A DNA stretch of 64,000 nucleotides from Candidatus Freyarchaeum deiterrae (GTDB lineage Archaea > Asgardarchaeota > Jordiarchaeia > Jordiarchaeales > Jordiarchaeaceae). The number at the start of each line of letters is the position of its first letter. The first letter of the stretch is position 1. The translations under genes and the position numbers were made by a program. Below are positions 1-9,480 of this stretch, piece after piece. The stretch is taken from the NCBI GenBank assembly GCA_037305845.1, contig CP147778.1, positions 768,001-832,000 on the forward strand, written 5' to 3'. The notes under the pieces were generated by a model. That model made no database searches. It was not told where the DNA came from and worked only from the letters and a program-made list of their open reading frames with translations.

Positions 1-124
1 TTCAAAACATTCTCACCCTTTTTTCTTTTTCAAGATTAAGCTGGCATAAACAGTTTTCCTCAAAAACTTGGAAAGAAGTATGTTAGGCATCTTCCCACTT
101 GGATGTTTTGTGTGGGGTAACTTC

Positions 125-1165
125 TCAGTAGTATGAGGTTTCCGTGGAATCGGTTATGTCTTCGAGGAATTTTTGATATTGAGGTATAATTTTTCCTTTA
201 AGTTCCACCGCTAGGATGAGGTTTACTTTCGCAATTTTTCTAAGGAAGGATTCAACGAGTGTTTCGTTTGTTTCTCCGTTTACTTTTAGGGCTAGTTTTT
301 CGGGGGTCATGCACTCCAGGAGTACGCTCATGATTTCTTCTCGGTCATAGGTTTTATCGAGGGAGAAGATTTTGAGAACCTCATTTCCCCCGATTCTTGT
401 GAAGAAAAGTTTTATTTCTTGTAAGTCTTTTCTGAGGAGGTTTGATACTCCTGCTCTAATTGCGTTCCAGACAAAGTCATACGCAACTCCTTCTCCTCTT
501 ATAGCAAAAATGGAGAGAAGAATGTCCTCCAACTGTTTTTGATCCTTTAATTCTTCAATGACTTTAATGAATTTTTCAGTGGCGATATTTTTTATAAATT
601 CTTCAACAAGTAGTGGATCTATCGCGACTAAGCACCGCAGACACAGGGCTAAAGAAGATAGGTCTTCTGAGCCGCTCAACTTTATAATGATCTGGTTCCA
701 ATTCAGTTTTAGGGCTAATTCTTTCGCCAGTATTTGGTTTACCGAACTCATGGAATCCAAAAAATAGACAGGAGTCATTATATCCCCCGCTGACTTGTTA
801 AGTTTGTCTATGAGAACCTCTTTGTTCATATTCTCGGCTAACCACTCTGGTACCCAACTGGATTGCGTTTCGCTAGAAGCTTGTCCGGTATAACTGAAAA
901 ACTTTCTAATCACTTCTAAATTGTTTTCGCTGTCCAGCTTTACAACCAAATCTGTTAAATCTAAACCGTTAAGTATCTCTTCAACAAGGTTCTTGCTCTC
1001 ATAACTCATTTGAAGAACCACGAGAGCTACCTTACTTAAATCAATGTTTCTGTTAAGCTCGTCTACCACCGTCTTAAGCTCATCCACCGACTGCAGAGCT
1101 CGACGGATTAGCTCTCTACTCTCGTTCAAAAGCCTGTTATATTCCGAAGGGTTTTCGTGAATCAT
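125..1165 (-). CDS. Hypothetical protein, predicted all-alpha/helical-repeat-like
   Basis: 346-aa ORF rich in Leu/Glu/Lys amphipathic segments; no recognisable motif. Confidence 0.7.
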   Translation of the reverse strand: MIHENPSEYNRLLNESRELIRRALQSVDELKTVVDELNRNIDLSKVALVVLQMSYESKNLVEEILNGLDLTDLVVKLDSENNLEVIRKFFSYTGQASSETQSSWVPEWLAENMNKEVLIDKLNKSAGDIMTPVYFLDSMSSVNQILAKELALKLNWNQIIIKLSGSEDLSSLALCLRCLVAIDPLLVEEFIKNIATEKFIKVIEELKDQKQLEDILLSIFAIRGEGVAYDFVWNAIRAGVSNLLRKDLQEIKLFFTRIGGNEVLKIFSLDKTYDREEIMSVLLECMTPEKLALKVNGETNETLVESFLRKIAKVNLILAVELKGKIIPQYQKFLEDITDSTETSYY

Positions 1166-1355
1166 TTACCCTCAAATCCTCCTATCCGTTTTATAGACAA
1201 TACTCGATAACTGGCGATGAGTCCTGTATTTTATATGGAAATTTAAAATTATTAACGTTTTGATTATCTCTGATTATAAAGCTAAATCACATTCTTTTTT
1301 TAGTGAAAAAAGCCAATCAGAAGGCTTAAATATTATTTTTTGTCTCATTCCTAAT

Positions 1356-1555
1356 GCTAGGGAGGTTAAACGGAAGTGTATCGCTGCCAAATTTGTTAGT
1401 TAAAACGCAGAACTACTTCTCAGTTGAAAGAGGGCAAAGTCTTCCGTTGAAAACTTTTAATAATACCCTTAAAATTAGTTTAAGGGAATTAGCCTTTAAA
1501 ATAGCCTCTCTAATTGAAACATATTCTAAGAAAACTTTTAGAGCGGCAACCGTTT
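1356..1555 (+). promoter_or_regulatory. Structured 5' leader (or ncRNA) upstream of ileS
   Basis: Pairings read by eye: 1358-1368/1502-1512 (11 bp with G-U), 1369-1376/1441-1448 (8 bp), 1384-1387/1407-1410, 1466-1473/1479-1486 (8 bp), hairpin 1525-1542; TATA-like CTTAAATA at ~1325. Confidence 0.5.
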
Positions 1556-1607
1556 ATTTACAATTCTTAATCAAAGCTAAATCAAATCAGTGTTGGAAGT
1601 GACGATT

Positions 1608-4600
1608 ATGACACTCTACAAAGAGGTGGAAACCAACCCCGATTACCCCAAACTCGAAGAAGAAATCCTACAATCCTGGAAGAAAAACAACATATTCCAA
1701 AAAACCCAAAAAAACCGGGAGAACAGCGAAAAAAGATTCGTTTTCCTCGAGGGCCCACCCACAGCCAATGGTTTACCCCATGTGGGCCATGTACTAACCA
1801 GGTCAGTTAAAGACGTCGTCCTGAGATATAGGACAATGAAGGGTGAATATGTAAACCCCCGTCGTGCGGGTTGGGACACCCATGGGCTTCCTGTGGAGCT
1901 CGAGGTTGAGAAGGAGCTTGGATTGAATAGTAAAAAAGAGATTGAGGAGTACGGAGTTGCGAAGTTTAACGCCAAGTGTAGGGAGAGTGTTTTTCGCTAC
2001 GAGAAGGAGTGGGTTCGGATGACGGAGAGGGTGGCCGCCTGGCTGGATATGGATAATCCTTACGTTACTCTAACCCCGGATTATATTGAGTCCGTGTGGT
2101 GGTCCTTGAAACAGATATGGAATAAGGGGAAACTGTTCCAAGATTACTATGTGGTTTTGTATTGTCCTCGTTGCGGGACTCCTCTGAGTGCTCATGAGGT
2201 GGCGCTCGGCGGCTATAAGGATGTTAAAGACCCCTCGATTCACATCAAGTTCAAATTGTTGGGTGAGGCGGATACTTATTTTCTGGCTTGGACGACTACT
2301 CCTTGGACACTGCTTTCTAATGTAGCTTTGGCGGTTCACCCCGATTATGATTATATTCTTGCGGAGAAAGATGGTGAGCACCTGATTCTGGCTAAGGATC
2401 TTCAGATGGTTCTTGAGGGCGATTATAAGATTATTAGACAGTTTAAAGGCAAGGACTTAGAGGGAATGGAGTATGAGCCATTATTCGATTTTGTGAAGCC
2501 GGAGAAAAAAGCTTATGTCGTGGTTTTGGGAGATTTCGTAACCCTCACTGAGGGTACTGGAATCGTGCACATGGCTCCAGCTTTTGGTGCCGAAGACTTT
2601 GAGATGGCTAAAAAGTACGACTTAGCAGTAATTCAACTAGTTGACGAAGCGGGACGCATAACAAAGGAAGCCCAACCCTTTGCAGGGATGAAAGTTAAGG
2701 AAGCAGATAAGCACATTATTGAGGCTCTGAGAGAGAAAGGACTCCTCTTTCGTCAGGGTACTCTGGAGCACGCTTATCCCTTCTGCTGGCGATGCAGCAC
2801 ACCTCTTCTCTACTATGCGATAGAGACATGGTATATTAATCTGAATTCGGTACGAGAGGATTTGATCAAGAATAATGAGAAAATAAACTGGTACCCGCGC
2901 CATCTTAAGCATGGTCGTTTCGGCAACTTTCTCGAGGAAGAAAAGAACTGGGCTCTCAGCCGCAACCGGTTCTGGGGAACCCCCCTCCCGATATGGAAGT
3001 GTGAGAATAAACACTGCGTCTGTGTGGGAAGTTTTGAAGAACTGGAGAAATATGCTGGAAAGCTTCCTGAGGGTTTTGATCCTCACAGGCCGTTTGTGGA
3101 TGAGCTCACTTTTCCCTGTCCTGAGTGTAGTGAGGTTATGCACAGGGAGCCTTATGTTATTGACTGCTGGTATGATTCCGGGGCAGCATCTTTCGCGGAG
3201 CATCACTACCCCTTTGAGAATAGGGAAATCTTTGAGAAGAATTTCCCAGTGACTTTCATCACAGAAGCCATAGACCAGACTCGGGGCTGGTTTTTCACAC
3301 TCCACGCAGTGGCGACGACAGTTTTTGGCAGCAACGCTTATCAGAACGTAGTCTCTTTGGGCCATGTTTTGGACGAGAACGGTGTCAAAATGAGTAAATC
3401 CAAGGGTAACGTAGTTGATCCGAATCTGGTATTTAAGAATGAGGGTGCGGATGCGATGCGTTGGCACTTATTCGTGTCCAGTCCGCCTTGGATTCCCAAG
3501 CGTTTCAGTGAACGGATGGTCATCGAGACTAGGAACCATTTCGTGAACACCCTCTGGAACACCTACTACTTCTACCTGACCAACGCAAACATTGACAGCT
3601 TTAACCCCTACGATGAGAAATTCAAGAAGAGGGATTCCCAAAACATTTTGGACAGATGGCTGCGAAGCAAGCTAAATCGAGTTATTAAAATTGTGGACAC
3701 CAGTATGCGTAATTATATGATTCATGTGGCTGCGAGAACCATTGACAAATTTGTAGTAGATGATCTGAGCAACTGGTATATTAGACGGTCAAGGCGTAGA
3801 TTCTGGAGAGCGGAAGTGGACGACGACAAAATCACAGCCTACCACACTGTGTTTGAAACCCTGGAAACCCTTGACAGACTCCTGGCTCCCTTTATCCCTC
3901 TGATAACGGAGGCTGTGTATCAAAATCTCTCCAAGGGAAATGGAGAAGCCCCTGAAAGCGTTCATATGACAGACTTTCCAGAATTCAAGGAAGAATTTTT
4001 TGACGACGAACTGGAGAAGAGTATGGGCTTAGTGATTGAAATTTCAAGTGCCGGACGCGCTGTTAGGGCGAGCAAAAATATCAAGCTGAGACACCCCCTC
4101 AATGAACTGATAGTTGTAGCCCAACAAGAAAAACTGGACTGCATAAAACCCTTGGAAGACATACTGAGAGACGAACTCAACGTAAAAGAAGTAATTTACG
4201 AAACGGAAGATTCCAAATATGTCACATACAAACTTAAACCTAACTTCAAAGAGATGGGCCCCAAATACAAGAATCTCGCACCAAAAATAGTACAAGAAGT
4301 AGGGAGACTTGACCCCAAAGAAGCCGCTCAGAAACTAGCGGAGCAGGGAAAACTCACAGTATACACCGGTGGAAACCAGATAGATTTAACGAAAGAAGAA
4401 GTGGAAGTGGAAACCCTGGAGAAAGAAAATTATGCGATGGGCCAAACGTCTCAAGTAAAGCTGTTCCTAAACACCGAGGTCACATTGGATCTCGCGAAAG
4501 AAGCCTTAGCCAGAGAGATGGTCAGAAGAATACAAACCATGAGAAAAGAAATGAACCTCGACTACATGCAGAGAATCAAAGTCTACATCGAATGCAGCGA

Positions 4601-4757
4601 TAAAATGTTCCAGGAACTAGAAGCAAACAGCGATTACATAAAAGAAGAAACACTCGCAACACTCCTAAGACAGGGAAAAATCAAAGGATACCAAAAGGAG
4701 TGGAAACTAAACGATGAACAGATAAATATTACCATAGTCAAAGCCACTCAAAAATAG
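1608..4757 (+). CDS. ileS: Isoleucyl-tRNA synthetase (archaeal/eukaryotic type)
   Basis: EGPPTANGLPHVGH (HIGH), GWDTHGLPVE, WTTTPWTL, GTGIVHMAPAFG, KMSKS; ATG 1608 preferred over TTG 1590. Confidence 0.97.
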   Translation: MTLYKEVETNPDYPKLEEEILQSWKKNNIFQKTQKNRENSEKRFVFLEGPPTANGLPHVGHVLTRSVKDVVLRYRTMKGEYVNPRRAGWDTHGLPVELEVEKELGLNSKKEIEEYGVAKFNAKCRESVFRYEKEWVRMTERVAAWLDMDNPYVTLTPDYIESVWWSLKQIWNKGKLFQDYYVVLYCPRCGTPLSAHEVALGGYKDVKDPSIHIKFKLLGEADTYFLAWTTTPWTLLSNVALAVHPDYDYILAEKDGEHLILAKDLQMVLEGDYKIIRQFKGKDLEGMEYEPLFDFVKPEKKAYVVVLGDFVTLTEGTGIVHMAPAFGAEDFEMAKKYDLAVIQLVDEAGRITKEAQPFAGMKVKEADKHIIEALREKGLLFRQGTLEHAYPFCWRCSTPLLYYAIETWYINLNSVREDLIKNNEKINWYPRHLKHGRFGNFLEEEKNWALSRNRFWGTPLPIWKCENKHCVCVGSFEELEKYAGKLPEGFDPHRPFVDELTFPCPECSEVMHREPYVIDCWYDSGAASFAEHHYPFENREIFEKNFPVTFITEAIDQTRGWFFTLHAVATTVFGSNAYQNVVSLGHVLDENGVKMSKSKGNVVDPNLVFKNEGADAMRWHLFVSSPPWIPKRFSERMVIETRNHFVNTLWNTYYFYLTNANIDSFNPYDEKFKKRDSQNILDRWLRSKLNRVIKIVDTSMRNYMIHVAARTIDKFVVDDLSNWYIRRSRRRFWRAEVDDDKITAYHTVFETLETLDRLLAPFIPLITEAVYQNLSKGNGEAPESVHMTDFPEFKEEFFDDELEKSMGLVIEISSAGRAVRASKNIKLRHPLNELIVVAQQEKLDCIKPLEDILRDELNVKEVIYETEDSKYVTYKLKPNFKEMGPKYKNLAPKIVQEVGRLDPKEAAQKLAEQGKLTVYTGGNQIDLTKEEVEVETLEKENYAMGQTSQVKLFLNTEVTLDLAKEALAREMVRRIQTMRKEMNLDYMQRIKVYIECSDKMFQELEANSDYIKEETLATLLRQGKIKGYQKEWKLNDEQINITIVKATQK

Positions 4758-5081
4758 AAACCAACGCATTCAACTATTCTCTTCCTATTTTTCAGGTTTA
4801 AGGGACGATTAAGCCACAATTATCACAGCTTATAATCAAGAAGAAAAACAACAATACATCCCACAAATTTCTTGTGAAAACTTGCAACTTGTTTTTAGTA
4901 TTCTTACCATTAATTTAAATTCTGTTTCTATGATAGGTTTCACTTAAAACAATTTGAGAATTGATTAATCCAAAAATCAACAGGGAAGACTGCCGTTTCT
5001 ACGAATAGCAAGTTTAGGTATAGTTTTTATAATTGAAAGCTATAAATCATTGTGATTACAAAATTTTTAGGAGGAATATAA

Positions 5082-5726
5082 TTGGTAAGGGTAAAATGGT
5101 GGGGTCATTCTACTTTCGAGATCAGAGGCAGCAAAGTAACTGTAATTACAGACCCTCACGGCGGATCGGTGGGTCTGCCGGAGCCTAAAAGTTCTAGTGA
5201 CATTGTCCTAGTTTCACATGACCACTTTGACCACTATTCTAAAGTTGATCAAGTTAGCAAGAAGGACGCTGAAAAAGTTCTTTGGACAGAGGGTACTAAA
5301 ACGGTTAAGGGAATCCCGGTAAAGGGGATACCTGCTTATCATGACGGAAGTAAAGGAAAACAGAGAGGCAAAAACATAATCTACACCTTTAACATGGATG
5401 GAATAAACTTCTGCCATTTAGGAGATTTAGGACATGTACCATCAGAATCGCAGACAAAGGAGATAGGCAAAGTAGACGTACTGTTTATTCCCGTTGGAGG
5501 AGTCTTCACTATCGACGCTAAAGGAGCCACAGAGGTAACGAATCTAATAAAACCAAAAATAATTATTCCAATGCATTATAAAGTTCCCAATTTGCAGCTT
5601 GGTCTGGCTGAAGTTAAAGAATTCACCAGCGGAAAACCGAAGGTAAAGGAAATCAAGTCCTCGGAAGTAGAAGTATCCAAAGATACCTTACCAAAGGAAA
5701 CCGAGGTTTGGGTTCTAAGAATTTAA
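5082..5726 (+). CDS. MBL-fold metallo-hydrolase (UlaG/COG2220-like)
   Basis: WWGHSTF, SHDHFDH, HLGDLG, IPMHY. Confidence 0.9.
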   Translation: MVRVKWWGHSTFEIRGSKVTVITDPHGGSVGLPEPKSSSDIVLVSHDHFDHYSKVDQVSKKDAEKVLWTEGTKTVKGIPVKGIPAYHDGSKGKQRGKNIIYTFNMDGINFCHLGDLGHVPSESQTKEIGKVDVLFIPVGGVFTIDAKGATEVTNLIKPKIIIPMHYKVPNLQLGLAEVKEFTSGKPKVKEIKSSEVEVSKDTLPKETEVWVLRI

Positions 5727-5862
5727 AAAACCATTTCATCTTCTTTCCTTTTTAAAAAGCAATTTGAACCCTTTGATTTTTTAATACAAAGCTGTGCAAG
5801 AAATTAAAATTTTACCATCAATAAAAATACTAAAACGAGTTAAATTTTTGTAACTCGGTTTT

Positions 5863-6156
5863 TTATACATAAATAGGGGCGCTGTCAATAAACTTTTTAA
5901 TAGCACTCACAACGGATACTGTGTTTGGCGGAACGCCTATAAAAGCTACCACACCATTTATCGTAATTGTGGGAACCCCCTGAATCTGATACAAACCCGC
6001 TTTATCCCGACCACCCTTTGTCTCTACATTTACTTCATTTACTACAATACACTCTTTGAACGATCTTTCTACTTCCCTAACTGAATCCTCAACCATCTTT
6101 TTTGCTGTCGGGCAATATGGGCAGTTTTTCGAATAGAATAATTCTATTACTATCAT
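5863..6156 (-). CDS. Thioredoxin/glutaredoxin-like protein
   Basis: CPYC active site, GVPTITING cis-Pro motif; ATG 6156 follows a GAGGT RBS-like sequence. Confidence 0.9.
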   Translation of the reverse strand: MIVIELFYSKNCPYCPTAKKMVEDSVREVERSFKECIVVNEVNVETKGGRDKAGLYQIQGVPTITINGVVAFIGVPPNTVSVVSAIKKFIDSAPIYV

Positions 6157-6442
6157 TTTATTACCTCTTCTCATTTGCAGTTCTGCACGGGTATTGCACA
6201 ACTAAACGAATGGGTTACCTTATTTAAGGTTTATGATTGTTAACTTCGCCGAACAACTGAGTATAAAAAGCCCAAAGAAAATAAAGATTTAAACAAATTA
6301 TACTGACTTTTGGGGGATTTAACAAATCCATATGCTTATTTCTCCTACTTCCAGTAAGAGTTTCGATTTTCGAGTAATTAACTGAATTACTAATCCTTAT
6401 ATAAAACTGGAAGATAAGAATTATGAGTAAATAATTATTAGG

Positions 6443-7723
6443 ATGTGTTTCGCGATGGCAGAGGAAAACTCGTTCCAAAATGTGTTGAATCAATTGGAAA
6501 AAACGGCTGAAATAATTAAACTTGATCCCAATATTCATAACTTTCTCAAAAGACCAGCGCGCTCATTGGAAGTATCCATACCAGTTAGGATGGATGATGG
6601 AAGCATTCAAGTTTTCGAAGGATACCGAGTACAATATAATTATGCACGTGGACCCTGTAAAGGAGGAATAAGATACCATCCCTCTGTGACTTTCGATGAG
6701 GTCAAAGCCTTAGCGGCACTAATGACTTGGAAATGCGCGGTTGTGGACATACCTTACGGCGGAGCCAAAGGAGGAGTTAAATGTGAAACCAAGGGGATGT
6801 CCGAGAGAGAATTGGAAAGACTAACTCGAAGATACACTTACATGATTATGCCAATTATAGGACCTGAAAAGGATATACCTGCGCCCGATATGTATACCGA
6901 CGAAAAGACCATGGCTTGGATGATGGACACTTATTCCATGATAACCGGGTACTCCGTGCCTGGAGTGGTGACAGGTAAACCTGTGGAACTGGGTGGGACT
7001 AAGGGTAGATCATATTCAACAGGTAAGGGAGTGATGTTCATAACCCGGAGAGCACTCGAATGCTACAATATACCTATAGAAGGTGCTACGATTGCTATCC
7101 AAGGTTTTGGAAAAGTAGGCTCATACGCAGCAGAGTTTCTGGCTGAAAAGGGATGTAAAATAGTCGGCGTCACAACTATGGATGGGGGCCTATTCAATCC
7201 AGATGGTTTGGACATACCTAAACTGTCAGAACATTATAGATTGGGGAAACCTTTTTCCGAATTTGATTATAAAAACACTGAATACGTATCAGATGTTGAT
7301 AAGGCGAATAAGCAGCTTATTAGTATGAACGTGGATGTACTGATCCCCGCTGCTATGGAGAATCAAATAACCCCTGAAAACGCAGGCGACATAGAAGCGA
7401 AGGTGATAGTGGAAGGCGCCAACGGTCCCACGACACCCAAAGCAGATGAAATCTTGATAGACCGCGGTATACCGGTGGTACCAGATATTCTAGCGAATGC
7501 CGGAGGCGTCATGGTCTCCTACTTCGAGTGGGTACAAGATCTACAAGCCTTCCTATGGACCGAGAAGGAAGTCAATGAAAGACTTAAAGATCTAATGCTC
7601 AAATCTTACGACGACGTGCTCGAGATTCAACAGAAAGAAAAAGTGGATCTACGAACCGCAGCGTACATCCTAGCAGTTAAACGAATAGCGAAGGCGATAG
7701 AGCTAAGAGGATTATTCCCGTAA
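6443..7723 (+). CDS. gdhA: Glutamate dehydrogenase (ELFV family)
   Basis: GPCKGGIRYHP, GGAKGG, DIPAPD, QGFGKVG, EGANGP, PDILANAGGV. Confidence 0.96.
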   Translation: MCFAMAEENSFQNVLNQLEKTAEIIKLDPNIHNFLKRPARSLEVSIPVRMDDGSIQVFEGYRVQYNYARGPCKGGIRYHPSVTFDEVKALAALMTWKCAVVDIPYGGAKGGVKCETKGMSERELERLTRRYTYMIMPIIGPEKDIPAPDMYTDEKTMAWMMDTYSMITGYSVPGVVTGKPVELGGTKGRSYSTGKGVMFITRRALECYNIPIEGATIAIQGFGKVGSYAAEFLAEKGCKIVGVTTMDGGLFNPDGLDIPKLSEHYRLGKPFSEFDYKNTEYVSDVDKANKQLISMNVDVLIPAAMENQITPENAGDIEAKVIVEGANGPTTPKADEILIDRGIPVVPDILANAGGVMVSYFEWVQDLQAFLWTEKEVNERLKDLMLKSYDDVLEIQQKEKVDLRTAAYILAVKRIAKAIELRGLFP

Positions 7724-7979
7724 CCAATAATGAAAAAATTATTTTTCTAAATTTTTCTAATTTTTGGATTTGAAACGAATCCGAGTTTCGATAATGTCTA
7801 ACTGTAGAAATTCTATGAGGATGTTGTTCTAGGGTATACTTTCGATTTTTGTTTTTTCCTGAAGAGCTTTTATCTTTTTTATTTTTTTTATAGAAAAGGT
7901 TATATGTGGGAAGCTATTTGTATTGTTAGCGTTGGTGTACTTACTGCGAACAAGCGAAGTAACATAGAAATCAAAAGTA

Positions 7980-8336
7980 GTGATTAATGTGGACGTAACA
8001 GTAACAGAAAAAGCAAGAGAGTACATCGCCAAAGCGTCGGAATTAATTGCGAAGAATAACGGTAAACCAGCTATAGCCATATGGGCAGAAAGAATACACG
8101 CCTGAGGCGGAAGCAGAGTAGAGATAAACGTTGATGTATACACTGAAAAGGAAATTCTGGAAGCTGAAGGATTCGAAAGCAAAGGCAACCTAAATGGTAC
8201 CAATGTGCCACTCTACATTCAAAAAGCTGCTTACCCATTCCTTCCCGAAAAACTGAACGTCGAACAATCAGGGTCTATGTACAAAAGACTCTACCTAACC
8301 GATGTTTTTCCTGAACGCTGTGAAGGGCGATGTTAA
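7980..8336 (+). CDS. HesB/IscA-like selenoprotein candidate (118 aa, Sec at codon 42)
   Basis: GTG 7980; translation MINVDVTVTEKAREYIAKASELIAKNNGKPAIAIWAERIHA-U-GGSRVEINVDVYTEKE...VFPERCEGRC; single in-frame TGA at 8103-8105, frame open to TAA 8334-8336; HesB-type N-terminus and xUGG motif; SECIS-like hairpin downstream; Sec machinery in window. Confidence 0.82.
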
Positions 8337-8345
8337 AACACGGGG

Positions 8346-8393
8346 GTTGGAGATGACTCACATTCCAAAAAGTAGAGAATGTGGTAATCCGAC
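8346..8393 (+). promoter_or_regulatory. Candidate SECIS element (eukaryote-like, variant core)
   Basis: Helix I GTTGG/CCGAC; core A-TGAC opposite TAAT; helix II TCACATTC/GAATGTGG; A-rich apical loop CAAAAAGTAGA; starts 10 nt after the stop of the UGA-containing ORF. Confidence 0.65.
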
Positions 8394-8471
8394 GGAAAAG
8401 CGCCGTTAAATCCCCCTTAACCATTTCTCATGTAGGCATTCTATGTTAAATTGTAATGTTTAATGCTGTTT

Positions 8472-9266
8472 TTAGAGTATTAATTTTAGTGAGTCGTATC
8501 CAATTAGAATTTTTTCTCTGCTCGGATCCACTTTTTCCTGTAGCTTTTCATGGGGAGGATTCAAGTGTGCGAGATGAACCAGTACCGTCTTCTTGGCTTT
8601 CAGGTTATTTGATAGTTCTATTGCCTCGTTTACAGTCATATGGTGATTCAGAAAGTGAGACGGCCGGTCTATGAAAGCGTCGGTTATCAGGAGGTCGGGA
8701 TTTTTCATGATTCGAATGGATTCCTCTGGAATTCCTATTCCGGTGTCACTGGTAATTACCAACTTTTTGCCATTGATATTGAAACTATAGCCAATTGGCT
8801 GTATGGGTTTTTCCTCGTTCCAGCTGGGGTGATAGACCGGAAAGCCTTGAAACTGAATATTATGGTAGTCGACGGGTTCGAAGAGTTTTATCTCTGTGCG
8901 CTTCGCGTTAATTATTTTGAATCCCATTCTTTCCAGTACAAAATCCAGCGTTTCCTTTAATCCGAATACATGAATAAAATTCTGAACACGGTAAAATTCA
9001 CTGAACCCCAGAATATGATCAAAATGGTGGTGCGTGTAAAGAACCGCTGCGATTCTAGTTATTCTCTCCCTAATTAGTTGAGCTCTGAGATCAGGCCCGG
9101 TATCAATGGCGATATTCCTATCTTTCTCTGGATCGCGTATAAGTATTCCAAAACGAGTTCGAGCATTGGGAATACCCTGCTCCCTCGCTAGGGTACATGT
9201 CTCGCAGAAGCAATTAAATGTGGGAGTCCCAACGGTATCGCCGCTTCCCAGAATTATGATTTCCAA
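8472..9266 (-). CDS. MBL-fold phosphodiesterase (PhnP/YcfH-adjacent type)
   Basis: LGSG..GTP...C.C..C, DTGPDLR, THHHFDH, HHMT, VHLAH. Confidence 0.88.
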   Translation of the reverse strand: MEIIILGSGDTVGTPTFNCFCETCTLAREQGIPNARTRFGILIRDPEKDRNIAIDTGPDLRAQLIRERITRIAAVLYTHHHFDHILGFSEFYRVQNFIHVFGLKETLDFVLERMGFKIINAKRTEIKLFEPVDYHNIQFQGFPVYHPSWNEEKPIQPIGYSFNINGKKLVITSDTGIGIPEESIRIMKNPDLLITDAFIDRPSHFLNHHMTVNEAIELSNNLKAKKTVLVHLAHLNPPHEKLQEKVDPSREKILIGYDSLKLIL

Positions 9267-9480
9267 TTCAAATCATCCCTTTTTGAGAAACAAGATAAAA
9301 CATGTATTGAACATTTTACCGTGATACTCAATTTGAAGATTTCAAATCTCGACTTTTCGGGAGAATAATAATTTTGTTATGTTTAAACTTCGCCTCGTAT
9401 TAATATAAACTATACTGGATTATTTTGCGAAATGGATATTGTTGGTTTAAAAAAGGCAAGGAAGTTCGGAAGTTTTTGGT

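Noticed and set aside
1538-1553. T-box-like sequence TTAGAGCGGCAACCG
   Set aside because: Lacks the invariant UGGN that pairs with tRNA NCCA, and no specifier stem is recognisable
1354-1602. 82-aa ORF upstream of ileS
   Set aside because: No protein-like motif; coincides with the base-paired leader
7829-8203. 124-aa minus-strand ORF
   Set aside because: Antisense shadow of the UGA-containing HesB-like gene
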